Source of the DNA: an uncultured Planctomycetota bacterium
GTDB taxonomy: Bacteria > Planctomycetota > Planctomycetia > Gemmatales > Gemmataceae
DNA: 64,000 nt
NCBI GenBank assembly: GCA_963849325.1
Contig: CAWKHF010000002.1
Span: 448,001 to 512,000, forward strand
Reading direction: 5' to 3'
Positions 55,854 through 64,000 of this stretch are shown here, one piece after another; position 1 is the stretch's first letter; each line of letters begins with the position of its first letter. Below the pieces are notes generated by a model. That model was not told the DNA's origin. It ran no database searches and worked only from the letters and a program-made list of their open reading frames with translations. Position numbers and translations under genes: made by a program.

Positions 55854-58800
55854 ATGTCCGCCGGAGTTCTGTCCTACCTGCGTCATCTGCTGCCCACGGT
55901 GGACTCCCAGCTCTCCGACGGTGAATTGCTCCGTCGCTTCGCCGTCGCCGGGGATCAAGCCGCGTTCACGGAGTTGTTGCGCCGCCACGGCCCGCTGGTG
56001 TGGGGCGTGTGCCGGCGCGTCCTGCGCGACGCCCACGACGCCGAGGACGCCTTTCAGGCGACGTTCCTGCAACTCGCCCGCCGGGCCGCATCGCTGCGGC
56101 GCGACGGCTCGCTGGCCGGTTGGCTGCATACGGTGGCGACGCGACTCGCCGGCCGCGCCGCCCGCGCCGAGCAGCGTCGCCGCCGCCGCGACCGTGTCCA
56201 CGCACACGCAACTTCGACGTCGGCCGACGAGCTGACCTGGCGCGAGCTTCAACAAATGCTCGATAGGGAAATCGCCCGCTTGCCGGAGCCGTATCGTCAG
56301 CCGCTTATTCTGTGCTATCTCGAAAACCGTCCGCAGATCGAGGCCGCCCATCGCCTTGGCATCACCCCTGGGGTGTTGCGCGGCCGGCTGGAGCGCGGCC
56401 GACAAAAACTGCGGCAGCGACTGGAGAAGCTCGGTCTGCCGTTGGCCGCTACTCTGTTGCTGACGAGGACCGATCCCGTCCCGGCGGCGCTGGGCGAGAC
56501 AACCTGCCGCATGGTGTTCGGCGTCCTCACCGGCGGCCCAGTGCCGCGCAGCGTCGCGATCCTGGCGGCGGGAGGGACGTTCGCTGCGCGCCTCAAGCTC
56601 GGCGTCGTCACCGTGGTCCTGCTCGTCGCCGGAGGAATCAGCATCGGGGAAGGCCGTCGGCCGGAGCCGTCCGCCGCGCCTCCGCCGCGTCAGCCGGCGA
56701 CGCCAGCACGTCCGGGCGTCGATGCGCTCGGCGATCCACTGCCACCGGGGGCGATCCGTCGCCTCGGCACGGAACGCCATCGCGTCCAGGCCTGGCCGGT
56801 CCCCTGGCAAGACCTGCCCGGCGGAGCGTCGTACCTGGTGAATCGGAATCTCATCCACGGCAGCGACATTCGCCGCCTCGATGCCGCGACGGGGCGCGTC
56901 CTCGAAACGTGGCCTGTACCCAAGGGACACCATGTCGCCGGCTTCTCTGCCAACGGACGTTACGCCCTGATGGCGAATGGCTTCCTCGTTAACATTACAT
57001 TTCTCCGGGGAGTGCCCCCACAGAAGGAAGAGCAGGAATGGGTGGTGATTTTGTATGACCTGGTGAAACGCAAGACGGTTTGGGAGAAGCGACAAAAACG
57101 GGAAGCGAAAGATTGGAAGCGCATCGATGAGGCGTACTTCTCGGCGGATGGCAAGTGGATCGCCACGACCGGCGAGTACGCCAGTGGCATGCTGTGCCTG
57201 TGGGACGCCGCGACCGGCAAGGAACTCTGGGAGCGCAAACAGGAGGTCGGCCATTTGACGCCGCTTGGCTTCGCCGACAACGGCGCCGTCCTGGTGCTCC
57301 GCGAGCGCAACGACAGCAGCATCTACCTTCTCGACCGCGCCACCGGAAAGGAACGACGGACGTTCCGAACGATGAAGCAAGGAGAGGCACGTCAGGGCGG
57401 CCTGTCCCCGGACGGATCGGCGGTCCTGCTGGGCTGGGTCGGCCCGTCGGTGCGTGTCTGGGATCTGGCCACCGGCCGCGAGCAAACGCCGCTGGATGGA
57501 CACAAGGACGCGGCGCACAGCTTCGCCTTCTCTCCGGACGGCAAGACCGTCGTCACCGGCGGCGACGATTCGTTCGTGCTGGTGCGTGCCTGGCCCTCGG
57601 GAGAGATCACCCACAAACTCGACCTGGGGCGATGGAGCCTTCAGCGGATGGCGATTTCGGGAGACGGCCGACGGTTGGAAGTCCTGTTCACCGGTGAGTC
57701 AACATTGCACTTTTACGATCTGCAGACGGGCAAATCGCTACCGGCGCAGGCGCCGGGCCACAAGGGCGGCGTCTGGGGCGTGGCGGGGACGCCGGACGGC
57801 CGACTGCTCTCCTTCGGCAGCGACGCCACGGTCCTCACCTGGGACGTGGCGACGGGAAAGATCGTCGGCCGGCTGGCGATCGAGCGGGACCACACCGCCG
57901 CCACCTTCGCCGTCAGCTCGGACGGCCGGCTGCTGGCGACGCCGAGCGAGGATAACCAGGGGATCAACATCTACGAGGGGGCCACGGGCAAACGACTACG
58001 CCGTGTGCAGGTCGGGCACAACGTCGGCAATCACGTGGTCTTGTCGCCCGACGGCCGTTTTTTGGCCAACGATCAGCACGGCGGTCGTCTTCTGGAAGTA
58101 TGGGACGTGAGCAACGGACGCACGCTATTGCGGCACGAGTGCGTCAACCCTTCGGTTTATTGGGTTCCTTCCGCGTTCAGCCCGGACGGCCGGCAGTTCG
58201 CCGTTGCGGACTATGATACGGTGCGTTTATGGGACACGAGCACCTGGAAAGAGCAAACGACGTTGGCCGCGTATGCCTCCCAAGGACTGGCGTACAGCCC
58301 CGATGGCCGAACCGTGGCCGCCGCCAGTGTGGAAGGCGTTCGACTCTTCGAGTTGGCCAGTCATCAAGAACGGGTACACCTGCGACCGGACGGCTACCCG
58401 TCGGGCGCTCTGCACTTTTCTCCTACCGGCAGCCGATTGGCCTGGGTGAACGGCCTCAAGACCATTCACGTCTGGGACGCGACTCGCGGCGAAATGCTCG
58501 CCTCGTTCGCCGGTCACGATGGTCGAATCAGCGACTTGGCCTTCCCGGCCGATGAGCGCGCCCTGGTGTCGGCCAGCGATGATTCGACCTTGCTGGTGTG
58601 GGATCTGGCCGGACCCGCAGCGAAGCAACTCCCGCCGCGAAGCGGCGACATGAGCGAAGCGTGGAAGTCCCTGGCCGGTGAAGACGCCAAGGCCGCCTAC
58701 GAGGCGATCCGTGTGCTGGCCTCGAACTCGGACGCTGCCGTGCCGCTGCTCGCCCGGCACCTCAAGCCCGCCGCGCCGATCGACCGGAAACGAATCGAGG

Positions 58801-59171
58801 CCAGCCTGCGCGACCTGGATAGCTCGCGCTTCGAGGACCGCGAACGAGCGATGGGCGAACTGCAACAGCTCGGCGAACAGGCCGAGCCGGCGGTGAAGCG
58901 CTTTCTGGCCGACCGCCCGAGCCTGGAGGCGCGGCGACGGGTCGAGCAGGTGCTCGAAAAGGTGAGCGGTTTGCCCCCGCCCCCGGAGCGTCTGCGCGAG
59001 GTCCGAGCGCTGGAGGCACTGGAGCGGATGGGCAGTGGCGACGCCCGCCGATTGGTTGAAACCCTGGCGAAAGGCGCCGCGGACGCGCGGCTGACGCGCG
59101 ACGCTGAGGCGGCGCTGGCGCGGATGCGGCGCGAAGCGTCATCTCCCCGCCCTCATCCCCGTTCCCGTTGA
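55854..59171 (+). CDS. ECF sigma factor fused to a TM helix, WD40 propellers and a helical C-terminal domain
   Basis: SDGELLRRF, RHGPLVWGVCRR, DAEDAFQATF, region 4, then DALGDPLPPGAIRRLGT, many FSPDG repeats, and RALEALE. Confidence 0.92.
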   Translation: MSAGVLSYLRHLLPTVDSQLSDGELLRRFAVAGDQAAFTELLRRHGPLVWGVCRRVLRDAHDAEDAFQATFLQLARRAASLRRDGSLAGWLHTVATRLAGRAARAEQRRRRRDRVHAHATSTSADELTWRELQQMLDREIARLPEPYRQPLILCYLENRPQIEAAHRLGITPGVLRGRLERGRQKLRQRLEKLGLPLAATLLLTRTDPVPAALGETTCRMVFGVLTGGPVPRSVAILAAGGTFAARLKLGVVTVVLLVAGGISIGEGRRPEPSAAPPPRQPATPARPGVDALGDPLPPGAIRRLGTERHRVQAWPVPWQDLPGGASYLVNRNLIHGSDIRRLDAATGRVLETWPVPKGHHVAGFSANGRYALMANGFLVNITFLRGVPPQKEEQEWVVILYDLVKRKTVWEKRQKREAKDWKRIDEAYFSADGKWIATTGEYASGMLCLWDAATGKELWERKQEVGHLTPLGFADNGAVLVLRERNDSSIYLLDRATGKERRTFRTMKQGEARQGGLSPDGSAVLLGWVGPSVRVWDLATGREQTPLDGHKDAAHSFAFSPDGKTVVTGGDDSFVLVRAWPSGEITHKLDLGRWSLQRMAISGDGRRLEVLFTGESTLHFYDLQTGKSLPAQAPGHKGGVWGVAGTPDGRLLSFGSDATVLTWDVATGKIVGRLAIERDHTAATFAVSSDGRLLATPSEDNQGINIYEGATGKRLRRVQVGHNVGNHVVLSPDGRFLANDQHGGRLLEVWDVSNGRTLLRHECVNPSVYWVPSAFSPDGRQFAVADYDTVRLWDTSTWKEQTTLAAYASQGLAYSPDGRTVAAASVEGVRLFELASHQERVHLRPDGYPSGALHFSPTGSRLAWVNGLKTIHVWDATRGEMLASFAGHDGRISDLAFPADERALVSASDDSTLLVWDLAGPAAKQLPPRSGDMSEAWKSLAGEDAKAAYEAIRVLASNSDAAVPLLARHLKPAAPIDRKRIEASLRDLDSSRFEDRERAMGELQQLGEQAEPAVKRFLADRPSLEARRRVEQVLEKVSGLPPPPERLREVRALEALERMGSGDARRLVETLAKGAADARLTRDAEAALARMRREASSPRPHPRSR

Positions 59172-59172
59172 A

Positions 59173-59238
59173 GGCGAACGGCCGGCGTAAGCCGGCTGGT
59201 AAGAGCCGCCACCAGCCGGCTTACGCCGGCCGTTCGCC
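59173..59238. repeat. REPIN-like palindrome family C
   Basis: Perfect 28-bp arms GGCGAACGGCCGGCGTAAGCCGGCTGGT. Confidence 0.88.
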
Positions 59239-59276
59239 ATTCGATCCGCTAGGACAAGACGGTTCGTGTCGAGCAG

Positions 59277-59503
59277 CCTGGGAACCCTGGCCAAGTGGCA
59301 GAGTGGGACTCCATCTCACGGCGCAAGTGGCACCGAGGCGACGGAAAAGGGTTAGGACGCTCCTGGAAGGTTCCTGTACGGACATGGTAGGTGAACTTTC
59401 CACGTCATGGCAGCGCATCCCCTTTCTTTTGTCCACCCAGCCCTCGTCTTCAGGGGGCAGTTTGAGATAGAGTCCGTCTTTGCCATCTTGCGGGGGTCTC
59501 AGG
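59277..59503 (+). ncRNA. Candidate rod-shaped structured RNA (about 227 nt; 6S-like architecture, unconfirmed)
   Basis: Nested pairings from the ends to the apex, with several G-U pairs on the + strand (see findings). Confidence 0.45.
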
Positions 59504-59630
59504 GAAACGAGTGCGACTCTCAACTCACGCATCTTCTGGCTGGCCCCGGCGCCGCATCTGCGGTACAAGGATAAGGTGGGGTATTCAGGGCGATGTCCGC
59601 CCGCACACGACGAAGCGCCTGCAAGGATCC

Positions 59631-61016
59631 ATGACACTTCCTGAGATCAACTCGGTCCCTCCTTCCGTTTTCTGGGACCGCCGCGAGCTGCTCCGGGTCG
59701 GCGGCGTCGGCCTCGGACTGTTGCTGCCTGCCAGCTTGTCCGCACGGAGCATCGCTCCCGCGGCGCACCAAAGGACTTTCGGTCGGGCGCGCTCGGTCAT
59801 CATCCTCTACCTGCACGGCGGACATGCTCAACAAGAGACCTGGGATCCCAAGCCGGACGGACCCTCACCCGAACGCGGCGAGTTCGGGGCCATCGCCACC
59901 AGCGTTCCCGGCGTGCGCGTTAGCGAACTGCTGCCGCGCTCGGCCCGCATCATGCACCGGCTGACCGTCCTGCGTTCGCTCAGCCACGGCAATGCCAACC
60001 ACGTCCAGGCCAGCCTGACAGCGATGACAGGTCATTCGCACCCGCCGGCGACCGAGGCGCGCGGCGACTTCCCGCCGACGCCGAGCGATCCGCCCCCGTT
60101 CGGGGCCGTATGCAGCCGGCTGCGCCGACCAGGACCGCTACCGGCGTGGGTGCAGATCGGCCCGCTCATGCGTCGCTTCAATGGCACCGTGCTGCACGGC
60201 CAATCGCCGGGCTTCCTCGGCAGTCGTTACGCCCCGCTCGTCATCGATCAGGATCTGCGCGCGGCGGACGTGCGCGTACAAGCCGTGGCCGCCGACGCCG
60301 ACGTGCCGGCTCGGCGACTGGACGGGCGACGGAAATTGCTTGCCAGCCTCGACCGGCAACGGCGGACGCTCAACGGCGTCGCCGATGTGGCGACCTTCGA
60401 CGCCCACCAGCAGCGCGCTCTCAACCTGCTGGCCGGCTCTGCCACCGCTCGCGCCTTCGACCTGGCCGCCGAGCCAGCTGTGGTGCGCGAGCGCTACGGT
60501 CATACGGCTTTCGGTCAGCGCTGCCTGCTGGCCCGGCGTCTGGCGGAAGCCGGTGTGCCGATCGTCAACGTGCATTACTGCCTGACGCCGCAGGGTTCGT
60601 GGGACACGCACGGCCGGCACTTTCCGCAGATGAAGGAGTCGCTGTGTCCGACATTCGACCAGGCATTCTCCGCCCTGGTCGAAGACCTGGCCCAGCGCGG
60701 CCTGCTGGGGCAGACGTTGGTGCTGGCGACGGCGGAGTTCGGTCGCACGCCGAAGATCAATCGCGGCGGCGGCCGCGATCATTGGCCGTGGGTCTATTCC
60801 GTCGCCCTGGCCGGCGCCGGCACCGTGCCCGGCCGCGTCGTCGGCGCCTCCGATAAAATCGCCGCTCATCCCGCCGATTCTCCCCATCAACCCGCCGACC
60901 TCGCCGCCACCGTCTATCATCTGCTCGGCGTACCGCCCGACACGCATCTGTACGACCAAACCGGCCGGCCGCACGCCCTGCTCGCCGGCAAGCTCCTTCA
61001 CGATGTGCTCACGTAG
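59631..61016 (+). CDS. DUF1501 family protein
   Basis: RRELLRVG, LYLHGGHAQQETWDPKP, ARRLAEAGV, WDTH, EFGRTP, GRDHWP. Confidence 0.92.
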   Translation: MTLPEINSVPPSVFWDRRELLRVGGVGLGLLLPASLSARSIAPAAHQRTFGRARSVIILYLHGGHAQQETWDPKPDGPSPERGEFGAIATSVPGVRVSELLPRSARIMHRLTVLRSLSHGNANHVQASLTAMTGHSHPPATEARGDFPPTPSDPPPFGAVCSRLRRPGPLPAWVQIGPLMRRFNGTVLHGQSPGFLGSRYAPLVIDQDLRAADVRVQAVAADADVPARRLDGRRKLLASLDRQRRTLNGVADVATFDAHQQRALNLLAGSATARAFDLAAEPAVVRERYGHTAFGQRCLLARRLAEAGVPIVNVHYCLTPQGSWDTHGRHFPQMKESLCPTFDQAFSALVEDLAQRGLLGQTLVLATAEFGRTPKINRGGGRDHWPWVYSVALAGAGTVPGRVVGASDKIAAHPADSPHQPADLAATVYHLLGVPPDTHLYDQTGRPHALLAGKLLHDVLT

Positions 61017-61191
61017 GATCATCCGTGGCGGTGAATATTCATCCCGGAGGAAGCGTCCAGCACTTCGGGACGGATGGGACGGCCACACGCTTTCGTTTGC
61101 GATTGACGGCCACCGTCCGATGTCTTTACCATGCCATTTGGATTGACACGCCTTTCGATGCCCTCCCGATGAAACGTCAAAGGACAAGCGT

Positions 61192-61797
61192 ATGTATCGT
61201 TCTGCCATTGCCATGCTGCTGCTCGCCGGTTTGTCGGTCAGCCCGGCCCTGGCCGGCAAATACAACCGCAAGCTGAGCCTCGGCGATGCCGCGCCCGCCT
61301 TCAAGGATCTCGAAGGCATCGACGGCAAGAAGTACAGCCTTGAGGACTTCAAGGGCAAGGATCTGGTCGTCATCGCCATTACCTGCACCGAATGCCCGGT
61401 GGCGCGGGTTTACGAGGACCGTCTCGTCGCCTTCGCCAAGAAGTACGAGGGCAAGGTCGCCGTGGTGGCCATCAACGTCAACACCGGCGAAGAGGAGACC
61501 CTCGCCCCGATGCGGGAACGCGCCAAAAAGAAGGGCTACAACTTCGTGTACCTCCGCGACCCCAGCCAGCGAATCGGCCGGGCCTACGGCGCCAGCAAAA
61601 CGCCGGAATTTTTCGTCCTCGACAAGGGCCGCAAGGTGGTCTACATGGGCGCCCTCGATGACGACATGAACCCGGCCAAGGTCAAGGACAAGTATCTGGG
61701 GGATGCCGTCGAGTCGGTCCTCAAGGGCGACAAGCCGGCCCGGATGGAAACGCCCGCCTTCGGTTGCAGCATCGAATATCGGAAAGCAAAGGATTAA
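61192..61797 (+). CDS. Exported thioredoxin-like (AhpC/TSA redoxin) protein
   Basis: CTECP, YGASKTPEFFV, YMGALDD, FGCSI. Confidence 0.9.
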   Translation: MYRSAIAMLLLAGLSVSPALAGKYNRKLSLGDAAPAFKDLEGIDGKKYSLEDFKGKDLVVIAITCTECPVARVYEDRLVAFAKKYEGKVAVVAINVNTGEEETLAPMRERAKKKGYNFVYLRDPSQRIGRAYGASKTPEFFVLDKGRKVVYMGALDDDMNPAKVKDKYLGDAVESVLKGDKPARMETPAFGCSIEYRKAKD

Positions 61798-61811
61798 GAG
61801 AGGACCAGCGC

Positions 61812-62351
61812 ATGTCCATGACCGCGCGAATGGCGGCAGGGGTTCTTCTGGCAGGGTTCGCTGGCTGGTTCGCCTTGGTCCCAGCCGACGCGGGAGCGCC
61901 AACCAACGGCAGCAGCGTCGAACTGAAGGTAGTCAAGTATCGCGATCTCGTCCAGGCCGTCCGCGATCAGCGCGGCAAGGTCGTCGTCATCGACGTGTGG
62001 GGAGACTTTTGTCCCCCTTGCAAACGGGAATTTCATAACCTGGTCGAACTGCACCAGCAATACGGCGACAAGGGGTTGGTGTGCATGTCCGTCACCCTCG
62101 ACCCGCCGGATAACAAGGACGCGGCGCTGAAGTTCCTCGTACAGAAGAAGGCCACGTTCGCCAACTACCTGCTCGATGAGAAGCCGGAGGTATGGGCGGA
62201 GCGCTGGCACATCCAGGGACCGCCGACCGTGTTCGTGTTCGACCGCCAGGGTCGGCGCGCCGCTCGGTTCGATTCGGAGAACCCCGATAAGCCTCTCAGC
62301 TATGAGGATGTCAAGAAACTGATCCAGAAACTGCTCGCGCCGGCGCCGTGA
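61812..62351 (+). CDS. TlpA/ResA-like disulfide reductase
   Basis: GKVVVIDVWGDFCPPCKREF, PTVFVFDRQG. Confidence 0.9.
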   Translation: MSMTARMAAGVLLAGFAGWFALVPADAGAPTNGSSVELKVVKYRDLVQAVRDQRGKVVVIDVWGDFCPPCKREFHNLVELHQQYGDKGLVCMSVTLDPPDNKDAALKFLVQKKATFANYLLDEKPEVWAERWHIQGPPTVFVFDRQGRRAARFDSENPDKPLSYEDVKKLIQKLLAPAP

Positions 62352-62510
62352 CCGCGCGAATTCGGCCATACGAGAAAAGAGTGGACCGAAGGGGTCCGCT
62401 TGAATAGTTCGACGGGTCTCGGCGTCTAGACGGCGGGATCTTATCCGTTTGCGTGTGGGATCTCCCGAGTTTTGTTTTTCCGTTTCGTCGCCCCCAGGAG
62501 AAGGTAGCGT

Positions 62511-63074
62511 ATGAAGATGCACCGAATCGTTGGGTTGAGCCTGAGCTGCGCGTTGTTGGCGGGTGCCGTGTTCGCGGCCGAGGCCGTGAAGTCGGGTCCG
62601 CAGGTGAATGAGCCGGTCCCCGGCCCGTTCCATCCGCTGAACGTCACCGGCGAGGCCGCCGGCAAGAAGCACTGCCTGTTCTGCCAGAACGGCAGCAACC
62701 CCGTGGCGATGGTCTTCGCCCGTGAAGCCACTCCCGAAGTGGCCAAGCTCATCAAGAAGCTGGACGCCTGCACGGCCAAGCACAGCGATTGCAAAATGGG
62801 CAGCTTCGTCGTCTTCCTCAGCGACAAGGAAGGGCTGGACAAGGAGCTGAAGTCGCTGGCCGACAAGCAAGACCTCAAAAAGATCGTACTCAGCATCGAC
62901 AACCCGGCCGGCCCGGAGCGCTACAACGTCTCCAAGGACGCCGCCGTCACGGTCGTGCTCTACACCGACCACACCGTCAAGGCCAATCATTCCTTCAAGA
63001 AGGGTCAGCTCAAGGACAAGGACATCGACGCCATCGCCCAGGACGTCAACAAGATCCTGCCCGAGAAGAAGTAA
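62511..63074 (+). CDS. Exported hypothetical protein with a probable thioredoxin-like fold
   Basis: Signal peptide, SGPQV, HCLFC, VAMVFAR; strong codon bias. Confidence 0.75.
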   Translation: MKMHRIVGLSLSCALLAGAVFAAEAVKSGPQVNEPVPGPFHPLNVTGEAAGKKHCLFCQNGSNPVAMVFAREATPEVAKLIKKLDACTAKHSDCKMGSFVVFLSDKEGLDKELKSLADKQDLKKIVLSIDNPAGPERYNVSKDAAVTVVLYTDHTVKANHSFKKGQLKDKDIDAIAQDVNKILPEKK

Positions 63075-63171
63075 GCTGTATCCGGCAGCCGATTCCCTCA
63101 CCCTTCAACGGCCGCGGGCAACCGAATGCTCGCGGCCGTTGCCGTTTCTCTGCCGACCTTTCTCTGTCTTC

Positions 63172-64000
63172 TCAGGCCAAAGGGAAACCTGAGTCCGCCC
63201 GTGTGAGTTCATCGTGGAGAGCGACCACGGGTCTCACGGCCAAATCGATGCTCTCGTTGCCCAGGACGTCCAGCAACGCACAGGTGGCCCAGCCCTCGGT
63301 GGACAAGGCATATTGCGCCTCCCAGGCACGCATCGCCCGCTCTTCGCTCTCGTCTGTCCACGGGTAACGTACCGGAGGAGGGCCGACGCCGCAACGCCAC
63401 GGCTTGGGCGAGAGGCGTGCGCGGAAACTCTTCTGCGACCGACACAGCTGCACGTAACGCGGGTCGCACCCCAGGTACTCCATCGCGACCTCGCTCGGTG
63501 TGCTCCCCGGCTCGAACGGCGCATGGGTTACCAGGTAGCGCAGCCCCGACCGCGTGCGGTAGACGCGCACGCCCCAGTCGGGGTGTTCGACGATCCATTC
63601 TCGCAATCGGGAGAGAGCGGCCGTCGCCGGGTCGCGCGGTGGGGGAATGAGGCGGCGGAAGAGCACGTGGGCCAGGCGCCGCAGAAGGACGAGGGACCGC
63701 AAAGGCTCGGCAAGGTCCACGTCGATGAAGAGAACACGTGCGGCATTGAGTATCCGCGCTCCGTAAGCGTTGCGGGTCAGCACCGCCAAGGGTTCTCCGA
63801 AGGGTCCATCGATCTGACCGAGGATCTCTTCGCGTAGCGGGCGCTCCCCGTAGGCATAGCGCTCGGGGAAGCCCTCACCTCGGTTAATTCGGGAGGCGAT
63901 GCGTTCGGCGGCCTCCCGAGCGAGCGCCTGCGCTTCGGCCTCGCTGTTGAGGGAACTACGCCAGCAGCGGAAGGGAACAACTTTCCCACGAGGGGTCTCT
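63172..64000 (-). CDS. Hypothetical protein with primase-polymerase (AEP)-like motifs; 5' end beyond window
   Basis: The frame is open to the window edge. LFIDVD, VRVYRTRSGLRYL, DPRY, FRARLSPKP. Confidence 0.7.
   Translation of the reverse strand, partial: ETPRGKVVPFRCWRSSLNSEAEAQALAREAAERIASRINRGEGFPERYAYGERPLREEILGQIDGPFGEPLAVLTRNAYGARILNAARVLFIDVDLAEPLRSLVLLRRLAHVLFRRLIPPPRDPATAALSRLREWIVEHPDWGVRVYRTRSGLRYLVTHAPFEPGSTPSEVAMEYLGCDPRYVQLCRSQKSFRARLSPKPWRCGVGPPPVRYPWTDESEERAMRAWEAQYALSTEGWATCALLDVLGNESIDLAVRPVVALHDELTRADSGFPLA

Noticed and set aside
59221-59637. Minus-strand 138-aa ORF between the ECF-WD40 and DUF1501 genes
   Set aside because: It has no motif and atypical codon usage, and it ends within a palindrome. 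Extensive base pairing explains the region better, though the ORF is not formally excluded.

Overview
High-GC chromosomal window, most likely from a Planctomycetota (Gemmataceae-like) genome. This is inferred from an ECF sigma-WD40 fusion, DUF1501, a BBP7-type beta-barrel, Tat-exported Gfo/Idh/MocA enzymes and a double-length UvrA. It carries about 45 mostly housekeeping, envelope and redox genes, including accA, rnc, ggt, trpG/pabA, uvrA, a cbiM-type metal uptake unit and several membrane glycosyltransferases. Many genes between about 20 and 38 kb are split by single-base indels that look like assembly or consensus errors. No rRNA, tRNA, CRISPR array, transposase or prophage gene was seen. 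The most notable non-coding signals are: (1) two inverted dif-like XerC/XerD sites 49 bp apart at 14.6 kb, where KOPS-like octamers switch strand, suggesting the replication terminus with an IMEX attP-like hairpin; (2) two unannotated, highly structured intergenic RNA candidates at 7.2-7.4 kb and 59.3-59.5 kb; (3) a 33-aa very basic small ORF upstream of rnc; (4) many inverted short-tandem-repeat hairpins and REP-like palindromes, some supplying stop codons or lying in frame inside genes. All protein calls come from motif recognition by eye; no database searches were run.
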